NCBI RefSeq assembly: GCF_000446015.1
Contig: NC_022093.1
Span: forward strand, 810,001 to 842,000
Direction: 5' to 3'
DNA length: 32,000 bases
From: Thermofilum adornatum
Lineage (GTDB): Archaea > Thermoproteota > Thermoprotei > Thermofilales > Thermofilaceae
The notes under the pieces are model-generated. The model saw only the letters and a list, made by a program, of their open reading frames with translations. It did not search any database and was not told the DNA's origin. Below, piece by piece: positions 19,480 to 29,413 of this stretch (the stretch's first letter is position 1; each line of letters begins with the position of its first letter). The position numbers and the translations under genes are program-made.

Positions 19480-20517
19480 CTATTCTTCTGGAGATAGTTC
19501 CCGAATAAGCCTAGCTGTTTCACATAGAGACAGACATAGCCCACAGTTGTCGCAGTTTTTGTTTGCCGTAACGATTGATGTGTGTAGCATGGTGCTGTTT
19601 TCTTGTTTGAAGGCTTGTAGGGGGCAAACGTGCTGACAGAAGGGTTCTTTCTCGATGTCTACTGCGGGCACCATTCCCGGTGCAATGTTTGTCCATTTTA
19701 ATGGCAATGGGCCGATTTTATTACTGGGAACAATCTCGGTCTTAAAGACGAGTGCTGTATCGTATAGTAGTAGGTCGTAGGCGTTTTCTATGTCATGTTC
19801 CGTGAGCAAAGTAGGGGCCCTATCACTTATGAATGCTGTCGAGACTTCCAACCCCGCTATGAGCCCTGCCCAAAGGGAGGCGTACACTATTGAGAGTAAT
19901 GGGCTGTGCAGTCTGAAGAGGTCTCTGCCTATCGTATAGATTGGGTGCGGCGAGAAAATAACTCCGTTTATTCCTGTCTCTACTAGTAATTCGAGCAGGT
20001 CTCTTGAAAAGGGGATATTGGGTGTGACCTTCGCCAGGACGGTTTTAGGGGCAATAGATACGAATTCTTCCAGCATGTCAACTGCGTAGGCCTGAAAGCT
20101 TCTTGGGTACTGGTGTAGCAGGCCCATGAGGCCGAGGTCAACTTCGTATGCATCTACAAGATTTGAAAAGTTCGATGAGAGTGCTTTTAGCTCTGAGAGC
20201 TTTGAAGGAGCCATCGAGGCAACTATCTTTGTCTCTGGAAATTTTTCACGTAGACGTTTAGCCATTGCGAGGACTTCTTCTAGGCTGAACGAGAATGGAC
20301 GTGACACTGCTAAGTAGTCCAAAGCCGAAGAGTACTTGGCAATATAAATTCTTGTTAGAGAGGGGTTTTCTCTCGTGTCATGGGCAACTGTTGGGAGAAA
20401 TATGATTGGGGGAGGCTCCTGTTGTTCGTTGCCGAAGATTAAAAGCTTCTTAACTATGATTACGTCTTCGCTACTTATCCCCCATTTGCCATGTAGATTT
20501 AGCCCTGCGAACAGCAT
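19480..20517 (-). CDS. DHODH/dihydropyrimidine-dehydrogenase-like TIM-barrel protein with C-terminal 4Fe-4S ferredoxin-like segment (divergent)
   Basis: N-terminal GLNLHGKWGISS and a beta/alpha-repeat pattern. The C-terminus has CQHVCP plus CDNCGLCLSLC (CxxCxxCxxxC). The assignment is weak. Confidence 0.35.
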   Translation of the reverse strand: MLFAGLNLHGKWGISSEDVIIVKKLLIFGNEQQEPPPIIFLPTVAHDTRENPSLTRIYIAKYSSALDYLAVSRPFSFSLEEVLAMAKRLREKFPETKIVASMAPSKLSELKALSSNFSNLVDAYEVDLGLMGLLHQYPRSFQAYAVDMLEEFVSIAPKTVLAKVTPNIPFSRDLLELLVETGINGVIFSPHPIYTIGRDLFRLHSPLLSIVYASLWAGLIAGLEVSTAFISDRAPTLLTEHDIENAYDLLLYDTALVFKTEIVPSNKIGPLPLKWTNIAPGMVPAVDIEKEPFCQHVCPLQAFKQENSTMLHTSIVTANKNCDNCGLCLSLCETARLIRELSPEE

Positions 20518-20656
20518 GTTCTCTTCTCTTATATGCGGGTATAGCTGTCCCGCTATCTACAGGTTTAATATTTCTAAGTTTTACTTATATCTTTTAGTCT
20601 CGAGCACTCGCTACACAGCCAAAAATATATTTTACGTTGTCCATAAAGGAAAATAG

Positions 20657-20711
20657 ATGATGTTGGGTATCAAAGATGAGCATATGCAATGATTGGAGAA
20701 TTCTCGGCTGA
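20657..20711 (+). ncRNA. Candidate C/D-box sRNA
   Basis: ATGATGT (C, 6/7) - 12 nt - ATGA (D', 3/4) - 9 nt - ATGATTG (C', 5/7) - 12 nt - CTGA (D, 4/4). The 12-nt spacers are the archaeal norm, and the location is intergenic. Confidence 0.3.
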
Positions 20712-20732
20712 AAAATTAAAAAATATTTTTGT

Positions 20733-22925
<2,193 letters not shown>

Positions 22926-23001
22926 CTAAAATTATAAAAATATTTGCCGTATCCTTTGAATCAGGAATTGAAGCTAGAAACAATGCTTGTCTGTGTGGAC
23001 T

Positions 23002-24144
23002 ATGCCGACAAATTTACCTGCGGAAGCGAAGAGCAAGTGGAAAAAAGTTATGGAAGCTAGGACTCCAGAGGAAAAACTCCAGGCGCTACAAGAATTTCTC
23101 TCGGCTGTGCCCAAGCATAAAGGTACCGAGAGGCTCAGGATGCAGGTTACGCGGCAAATGGCAGCCCTCAAGAAAGAGCTGGAGGAGAGGAAAAAGAAAA
23201 AAGTAGGAGGCGGTGAGCAGTTCTTTGTTGAGAAGGAAGGAGATGTCCAGCTGGTCATCCTTGGCTTCCCTGGCTCTGGGAAAACGTCCCTGTTTAGATG
23301 CTTAACTGGAAAAGAGGAACCACCAGGGGCTTCTAGGAAGCCTGCTCCAGGAATCCTTGCCTGGAACGGTGTCTATTTCCAGGTGGTAGACACTCCGCCC
23401 ATCCTGAGCGAGTCTAGCTCCGGAAAGCTGATGGCCCTGGCGCGTAACGCTGACGCGTTGATTCTGACTATTGATTCAACGATGGATGTCTACCTCCAGC
23501 TAGACTCTCTCTTGAAGCTACTGGACGACAACAGGATAACGGTCGAGAAGCCCAAGGCGATAGTTGAGATCGAGAAGAGGGCAACGGGCGGCGTAACAAT
23601 AATTGGGGACTTGATAAACGCCACCACGCAGGACGTGATTTCACTCCTCAGAGAATACAACATATATCACGCCATTGTACGGATACAGGGCAAGGCAACA
23701 CTAGACGACATAGAAGAGGCAATCTTTGGCTCGTATGCTTACAAGCCAGCAGTCGTAATGCTGACAAAGGTAGACCTCCTGGACGGAAACACGTTGAAAA
23801 GCATGGCCGAAAAGCTGATGGAGTCCACTAGCTTGCCAGTACACCTCTTTACAAGCACACAATGTAGCTCGCTCAGAGTCGAGGAGATAGCATCCTACAT
23901 ATTCAAGGAACTAGACCTAATAAAAGTCTATACGCGTAACCCAAAGACAGGAGAAGTAGAAAAAAGACCTATAGTGATAAAAAGGGGAGCGAAAGTGATT
24001 GACGTTGCTAGGAAAATCCACTCAGACCTATACAAGAACTTCAAGTATGCAAGGATATGGAGCCCGAGACTGGTCTTCAGCCCACAGAAGGTAGGTAGAG
24101 ATTTCCAATTGGAGGACGGAGACATAATTGAGATTGTTGCATAA
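23002..24144 (+). CDS. DRG/Rbg-family GTPase with C-terminal TGS domain (G3 motif atypical)
   Basis: N-terminal helical region, G1 GFPGSGKTS, G4 TKVD, and TGS-like IKVYTRNP...GDIIEI. ATG 23002 is preferred over TTG 22987. Confidence 0.7.
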   Translation: MPTNLPAEAKSKWKKVMEARTPEEKLQALQEFLSAVPKHKGTERLRMQVTRQMAALKKELEERKKKKVGGGEQFFVEKEGDVQLVILGFPGSGKTSLFRCLTGKEEPPGASRKPAPGILAWNGVYFQVVDTPPILSESSSGKLMALARNADALILTIDSTMDVYLQLDSLLKLLDDNRITVEKPKAIVEIEKRATGGVTIIGDLINATTQDVISLLREYNIYHAIVRIQGKATLDDIEEAIFGSYAYKPAVVMLTKVDLLDGNTLKSMAEKLMESTSLPVHLFTSTQCSSLRVEEIASYIFKELDLIKVYTRNPKTGEVEKRPIVIKRGAKVIDVARKIHSDLYKNFKYARIWSPRLVFSPQKVGRDFQLEDGDIIEIVA

Positions 24145-24149
24145 TATCA

Positions 24150-24521
24150 TCATCCTCGTCCTATGATTATTTTATCGCTACCCCTCTCTATGCGGAATAT
24201 TATTTTTCCCCGAAAACATATGTTTTTACCTTCAAAGCCCTCAAGAACAATGCGAGCGTCAATACTTGTAGTGTTGCTTTGCGAAAAACAATACGGAAAA
24301 ATGGGCGTCTCAGAAACTATTTTCCCATTCACAAAGCAAACGTCCAGACTGTAGACGTTTGTGATTACTGTTCCTGGTGGAGAAAGCCAGATGTAACATA
24401 GGTCTCTGGCGAATTCATCATTGGAACTCGGAGACCAAGCTACATACGAGACCCAGAAAGAAAAAACAATCAATGCGGTTGCAATTAGAAGAATGCTGAA
24501 TAGTGCCTCTGAAATTTCCAT
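24150..24521 (-). CDS. Small prepilin-like membrane-anchored protein, 'EALF' N-terminal class, 4 Cys
   Basis: N-terminus MEISEALFSILLIATALIVFSF, then a beta-rich ectodomain with 4 Cys. The ATG abuts the upstream TAA, and GGTGGTGGG (24525-24533) acts as an SD. Confidence 0.6.
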   Translation of the reverse strand: MEISEALFSILLIATALIVFSFWVSYVAWSPSSNDEFARDLCYIWLSPPGTVITNVYSLDVCFVNGKIVSETPIFPYCFSQSNTTSIDARIVLEGFEGKNICFRGKIIFRIERGSDKIIIGRG

Positions 24522-25109
24522 TTACCCACCACCGGGTATCAGTATCTCTGCCCCCCACTTGTCTCTAAGGACACAAGGTGTCCCCAATGGAATCTCTATT
24601 GTGCCATCTCCATTGAGTATGTTTTCGCAGTTTGGCGTGAGATTTACGTCTAGGACAATTACATAGTCATACTGTGGTAGCTTGAATTTTTGTTGTGCCT
24701 CGACGAAATATATCCTCGTTACTCTCCCAGTTCCAATATCATTCCTGAAGCCTATGAGGCGATAGGTATAGTTTAGCTCGAAGGAGGCAGAGGTCCCGAT
24801 GTTGGTAAAGATAACGTAGCTACAGTATTTTTTTCCTTCGGTAAATCCGAAGGCCTCATAGTCATCGATAAGAGAATGGTTTATAGAGAGGGGAAAAGTA
24901 AAGTTTTCAACCTTTTTTACTGAATCTTGGAAATCCGTTTTTCTTGCACAGCTATACCTCGCAGTAACAAGAAACATCGCATAAACGTTTTCCCCTGCAT
25001 ACAGAACGCGTAGCTCTGCAGTACTCCTATAGCGTTGCATAACAGCTAGACTAAGCAGTACAACTGCTAACAGTGCTATTACGCCTTTTCTCTTCTTTAT
25101 GGGCCCCAC
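24522..25109 (-). CDS. Prepilin-like protein, '[KR]GVIA' class III signal-peptide-like N-terminus, 4 Cys
   Basis: GTG start; (M)GPIKKRKG|VIALLAVVLLSLAV fits the archaeal class III signal pattern (basic residues, Gly, hydrophobic helix). GGGGG lies 5 nt upstream. Confidence 0.6.
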   Translation of the reverse strand: MGPIKKRKGVIALLAVVLLSLAVMQRYRSTAELRVLYAGENVYAMFLVTARYSCARKTDFQDSVKKVENFTFPLSINHSLIDDYEAFGFTEGKKYCSYVIFTNIGTSASFELNYTYRLIGFRNDIGTGRVTRIYFVEAQQKFKLPQYDYVIVLDVNLTPNCENILNGDGTIEIPLGTPCVLRDKWGAEILIPGGG

Positions 25110-25375
25110 GAGAACCCCCTAACTACTGGAGTATCGTTGCACCAGAGAAGAATGGCTCCAGTTGGGGCATTGGGTAGAGGCGTGGATGCATTCACAGCTT
25201 CTAGGTAGGAGTCAACATCGTTGCAGGAGGCCCTGAACATTATCCAGGCCGCGATTGTTTCAAGGTTTCTTTCCTCTTTGAGGGTGGCAAAGGTGTTTGT
25301 CTTCAGGGACGGATAGGTATAGGCGAGAGTGTAGAGAACTATGAAGGCTACAAGGGTTGCTATCACTCCCCTCAT
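25097..25375 (-). CDS. Small prepilin-like protein, '[KR]GVIA' class, 2 Cys
   Basis: MRG|VIATLVAFIVLYTLAY; overlaps the next gene by 13 nt. Confidence 0.55.
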   Translation of the reverse strand: MRGVIATLVAFIVLYTLAYTYPSLKTNTFATLKEERNLETIAAWIMFRASCNDVDSYLEAVNASTPLPNAPTGAILLWCNDTPVVRGFSWGP

Positions 25376-25620
25376 GTTTTCTCCCAGGCGAGGATATTGT
25401 TGTTGTTTTTACATATGTAGAGAAGCTTGCCAGATACGTTTGCCTGCGTGACTGTGATTGTTTTGTCAGACATTACTACGATGCATGAGCCGTTAGGTAG
25501 CTGAGAGATTGTCGCTGATAGGGAGTCTTTTTCTATATGCTGAGACGCATAGATATATGACACTACCCCTGCAAGCAGGAGAAACTCTAGAAACGTGAAC
25601 AAAGCCTCGTCAACCGTCAT
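25372..25620 (-). CDS. Small prepilin-like protein, 'EALF' class, 2 Cys (paralogue of 29126..29413)
   Basis: MTVDEALFTFLEFLLLAGVV; SCIVV...LLYICKNN motif pair. ATGA overlaps occur at both ends, and GAGGTGG (25628-25634) sits upstream. Confidence 0.55.
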   Translation of the reverse strand: MTVDEALFTFLEFLLLAGVVSYIYASQHIEKDSLSATISQLPNGSCIVVMSDKTITVTQANVSGKLLYICKNNNNILAWEKT

Positions 25621-26126
25621 CCTCCTGCCACCTCAACTATTTTTACTTTAAGTATTAAAGGGGAATGCAGGTAGAACGTATAAGCTCCGACATTGAGAGT
25701 ATCAATGTAGCTCTTAAAAATCATGTTTTTCGTTGAAAAGTAGAGTCTTCTAAACGACCCATTGTTTACAGCGCTTACAACTACGAGTTCGCCAGAGGAC
25801 AGATTTAGCAACGGTGTAAACATAATTCTGCATGTATCTCCCAATCTTTTTATAGTGAAAGTGTCTGTCGCTACCTCAGCTCCATAACACTTTGAAACCT
25901 CGATCATTGTCTGGTTGTATCTTACTACTTCTTTTCCATTGATTCTTATGGATGAACTATTTACATGTATAGCAACATCGACCGGGAGCTCGATGTAGCT
26001 ACTTCCCTCGTAGATACCTGAAAGGAGGACATACAAGCTTTCAGTCGATATTTTCGCTTGTCCTTGGCTAATGGGCACATGGAAAACCTGGAATACTAGT
26101 AGGATGGATGCAATTGATAGAATCAA
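25617..26126 (-). CDS. N-terminally anchored small secreted/membrane protein, 2 Cys; start uncertain (possibly ATT at 26153)
   Basis: The track start is TTG 26126. The same frame is open and hydrophobic back to 26159. GAGGTGA (26160-26166) lies 6 nt before the in-frame ATT at 26151-26153. Confidence 0.5.
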   Translation of the reverse strand: MILSIASILLVFQVFHVPISQGQAKISTESLYVLLSGIYEGSSYIELPVDVAIHVNSSSIRINGKEVVRYNQTMIEVSKCYGAEVATDTFTIKRLGDTCRIMFTPLLNLSSGELVVVSAVNNGSFRRLYFSTKNMIFKSYIDTLNVGAYTFYLHSPLILKVKIVEVAGG

Positions 26127-26169
26127 AAAGATAGAAAAAGAAGCGATGCTAATGACTCTTCACCTCTGC

Positions 26170-29133
26170 CTATAGTTTCTCGACCCAGGGTACTACCACA
26201 ATGTCTTTTGTCTCCTCGGGGACAAATGTTAAATAAAGGGAGTATCTGTTTAGATCGTAAAAAGGTATAGAGGTGTCTTTTCCTGGCTCAACGAAGCCCC
26301 TCCAATAGATGTAAGTCTTATTTCTAATTTCTAGAAGCAGTTTCCCAGATATGTTACTAGTTAATGCATTGGGGATCAATATTGTTCTATTCCAGGAGAC
26401 TCTCCAGCTTCCATTTGCCATGTTAAATGCAACTACCGGTACTGCGTAGACAACCGGGATAGAAACACTGCCTTGGCTAGCTAGAAGAGTTCCGCCCCAT
26501 GTCGCATAGATAGACAAGTTGCCTACGTCCAGCTCGTCTGGGAAGCTCGAGTAGGGTATCTCTATCGAGGAGCTGTTTGCCGGGGCCCACCCGAGCGTTT
26601 GACCCTGGAAGACGGCAACAACGCTCAGTGCTTCCCAGAGGGGTTGAACCAAGTAGTGTATTGTTATGTGTGTCTCGTTGTAGGATATTTTCGTCAGGGT
26701 TAGGTTGACCGGTACGGATTCATAGATAAAGGTGCTCTCGTTGAGCTTTAGAACAGTTGTTCCAACGTTTTTTGGGGCTTGAATGGCTAATAACATATAC
26801 CTGGTGCCGTCTCCAAGCGTAACAATAGGCATGCTTGTGACATCACTCGGTAAAGATCTTGAGAGGGTTGCTCCAAAAGTTTCTTTCTGGAATAATGTCC
26901 AGTATGACCCAGTCTTTATAGTCCTGCCAAAAGTAGTGTTAACGTAGAGTTTACCAGAAACATTGTTAAACATCATGATTTTTCCATACTTGTCCAGTAG
27001 CCACAGGGTAGCGTTTGTCCACAGGTAATAGACGCCAGGCGGCAACGCTAAGAAATGTGTTGTGTTGAAAGGTAGGAGCGAGATTCCTGGGGGCCCTTTA
27101 AGAATGTATGTCCCCTTGTTGTCTCTGGATAGTTTCGAGTACTTGGCAACGAGAAGAATGGCTTTGCCAGAAGAAACAAAGCCCCTAACAGAGCTGGATG
27201 AAACAGAGGTAATTAAGCTCACCGGCTCGAAGTAAACATTGTGTGGGATGGTCCAAGAGTCTCTCGTAAAAGTTGCCTCGTAGACGTCCCAGCCCTCAAA
27301 GAAATAGTCAGTAAAGTTTTCTAGTTGTATAGTATATGAAACTCTGAGAGCATATACTTGGTCGTTGGGTTGTAGCTTCAAGTATAGGATCGTGTAGAGC
27401 TTCTCTCCAGAAAGGCTGGACGCGTTGAGTAGGGTTAGTGGTTTGTTTTGTCTAGCTGAGAGCCAGCTTGGGCTTACGACGTCAATAAGACGTATAGAGG
27501 AGATAAGTCTAGCATTGGAAAAGTTCAGCCTGTAGACAATTATGCTATTTGGGTTCTGTGTGCGGAGAACATAGTAGACCAGGCCAGGGTTTGCAATAAC
27601 AATGGGTGAAGACAGATTTTTCTGAGTATAGACTTCAAGTATATCGCTCGAGTTAAGCGTCCCAAGAATTTTGTAGAAGTTGTTTGTGCTCCCATTGTAT
27701 ACAAGGTTTTTGAAGCTGTTTGATTCTTTTGATAGGTAAAATGTTATTGAGGACTCTGGGAGGATCCTTAGACCCCAAGCATTCCTAGGTATGTCGAGAA
27801 CTAGGCCGGAAAGCGAGAGGTTGAAGAGTTGGGGCACATTTACTATGCTTCCGAGAATTATGGGCTGATTAGTGCTGTAGTAGTTGCCAAAATTGTAGTA
27901 CCAGTCAAAGTAGGCTTGGTAGCTCAATGCTGTCCAATTAGAGTATTTTCTCACCATTTCTGCCACTTTGAGGTCATAGCTGAAGGGTGAAACAGTAAAG
28001 AAGGCCCCCTCACGATAATTAACGTATTCGCTCCCTCCGCCGAAACGTATAAGTGTGTTACCAAACTGGTGAATATAGGGGCTGGTCGCAGGGTAAAGTA
28101 TAGAGCTCTGGGACATTTTGGGACGGTTATAGATGTTTGGACCAAGCTGTTCGTTGCTTGGTACAGAAGATATGCCACCAGGCAACAGAGAATAGTTTCC
28201 AAAGAGAATTCCACTTATTGGTACCGGGCAGTCTAGATTAGTGGACACTGCTAGATAGCTATAGAGAAACTGGAACACGGCCGTAGCCTGCAGGTTACTG
28301 TTGGTCTTTAGCTCCAGGATGTTTGACCTTATTATTGTTCCGTTGGAAAGTCTCCAATAAGAAAAGTACAGCGGAAAATCTATGTAGCTTGAAAGGGTTA
28401 CCTTGTGTGTTCCAATAGCGTTTGAAAATTCAGCGATATACACGAGATGTTCATTATTCAGTACTATATTCTTTAGCCGAAGAGAATAAAGCGAGTAGGG
28501 GCCGGCGGGGGCAAGAGACAAGTTCTGGTAAATGGTTCTACATGTCGATAGATCATACGGGCTTGAACACGCATACACATAGACTTTTCCCGGCTCGCCT
28601 TTAGTGCTTGTTTCGTCCAAGGCCGAAAAATTGTATATGCCTGAGAGAGGTCTAACGCTGAAAAGCGTGAATTTCTTGCCCTCCAGAACCGTTCCAATAA
28701 GACTTATGTCGCTATAATTGAAGTAGTACCTCGTATAGACAATGTTTGGTGCAATTAGTCTTAGCATTGAGCCTTCTCTTACTGACAGGGTAGCCGTAGC
28801 AGGTGGAGAGCCTCTAAGTCGAAGTTGTATAGTGTTTGAAGAGTTTTCAAGCACTACAGAGAAGTTTGCGGTAGCAAAAATTTTTCCGTTGACTTTTATT
28901 GCTCCGTCGAATACTACGCTACCATTAAAAACGACACTATCATATGTAGACCTGGTTGGAACGAGGAAATATACGTTTGGAGGCGGCCCACTCCACCATA
29001 ACGGATAGTTTTGATTTCCTGGCACAGAGAGGTCCACGGACAACGCCAAGGTCACGTTTTGTTCGGCGTAGGCAAGAGTCGATAAAAAAGCCGGCAACAA
29101 GAGAACTATGAGAATGGCAAGTCTGCTAGCCAT
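26170..29133 (-). CDS. Large secreted, sequon-rich (putatively heavily N-glycosylated) surface protein; candidate adhesin/tip or S-layer-like component
   Basis: Sec-type signal MASRLAILIVLLLPAFLSTLAYA|EQ, about 30 N-x-S/T sequons by hand count, and S/N/Y/L/V-rich beta-like composition. It has only 3 Cys and no hydrophobic C-terminal anchor. AGGTGG (29139-29144) lies 5 nt upstream of the ATG. Confidence 0.7.
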   Translation of the reverse strand: MASRLAILIVLLLPAFLSTLAYAEQNVTLALSVDLSVPGNQNYPLWWSGPPPNVYFLVPTRSTYDSVVFNGSVVFDGAIKVNGKIFATANFSVVLENSSNTIQLRLRGSPPATATLSVREGSMLRLIAPNIVYTRYYFNYSDISLIGTVLEGKKFTLFSVRPLSGIYNFSALDETSTKGEPGKVYVYACSSPYDLSTCRTIYQNLSLAPAGPYSLYSLRLKNIVLNNEHLVYIAEFSNAIGTHKVTLSSYIDFPLYFSYWRLSNGTIIRSNILELKTNSNLQATAVFQFLYSYLAVSTNLDCPVPISGILFGNYSLLPGGISSVPSNEQLGPNIYNRPKMSQSSILYPATSPYIHQFGNTLIRFGGGSEYVNYREGAFFTVSPFSYDLKVAEMVRKYSNWTALSYQAYFDWYYNFGNYYSTNQPIILGSIVNVPQLFNLSLSGLVLDIPRNAWGLRILPESSITFYLSKESNSFKNLVYNGSTNNFYKILGTLNSSDILEVYTQKNLSSPIVIANPGLVYYVLRTQNPNSIIVYRLNFSNARLISSIRLIDVVSPSWLSARQNKPLTLLNASSLSGEKLYTILYLKLQPNDQVYALRVSYTIQLENFTDYFFEGWDVYEATFTRDSWTIPHNVYFEPVSLITSVSSSSVRGFVSSGKAILLVAKYSKLSRDNKGTYILKGPPGISLLPFNTTHFLALPPGVYYLWTNATLWLLDKYGKIMMFNNVSGKLYVNTTFGRTIKTGSYWTLFQKETFGATLSRSLPSDVTSMPIVTLGDGTRYMLLAIQAPKNVGTTVLKLNESTFIYESVPVNLTLTKISYNETHITIHYLVQPLWEALSVVAVFQGQTLGWAPANSSSIEIPYSSFPDELDVGNLSIYATWGGTLLASQGSVSIPVVYAVPVVAFNMANGSWRVSWNRTILIPNALTSNISGKLLLEIRNKTYIYWRGFVEPGKDTSIPFYDLNRYSLYLTFVPEETKDIVVVPWVEKL

Positions 29134-29413
29134 CTAATCCACCTGTAAGAATAGAAGAGACGTTGACCTGCAAGTTGCCTCGACAAATATAGAGCATCTC
29201 TTTCACTGTACCATTCGTACCTATGGCTCTTACTGATACTATCGGTGGGCAAGTTTTTCCAACCTGGGACACTTCCACCTTAGCCACGGAGAAGCCTTGC
29301 ACCGTTACGATACAACTACAGATGGTTCTAGAGGAGGCTACATATGCATCCAAAATGGTTGGAGATGCTACCAGCATTACCAGTAGTCCTATAGCCAGAA
29401 AGATTCGAGACAT
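29126..29413 (-). CDS. First gene of the operon: small N-terminally anchored protein, 4 Cys (paralogue of 25372..25620)
   Basis: MSRIFLAIGLLVMLVAS anchor; CSCIVTV...MLYICRGN motif pair. A TATA-like TTTTATTTAG (29436-29445, minus sense) about 28 nt upstream implies a leaderless mRNA. Overlaps the 987-aa gene by 8 nt. Confidence 0.55.
   Translation of the reverse strand: MSRIFLAIGLLVMLVASPTILDAYVASSRTICSCIVTVQGFSVAKVEVSQVGKTCPPIVSVRAIGTNGTVKEMLYICRGNLQVNVSSILTGGLDG

Noticed and set aside
24150-26126. Gly-rich C-termini shared by the small proteins (PGGG, VAGG, GGLDG, GRG, AKG) as a possible sorting or processing signal
   Set aside because: This is most simply explained by GGTGG/GGAGG Shine-Dalgarno motifs for the next gene being embedded in the last codons of the upstream gene (for example CCCGGTGGTGGGTAAATG). 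It is a coding by-product of translational coupling, not necessarily a protein signal.
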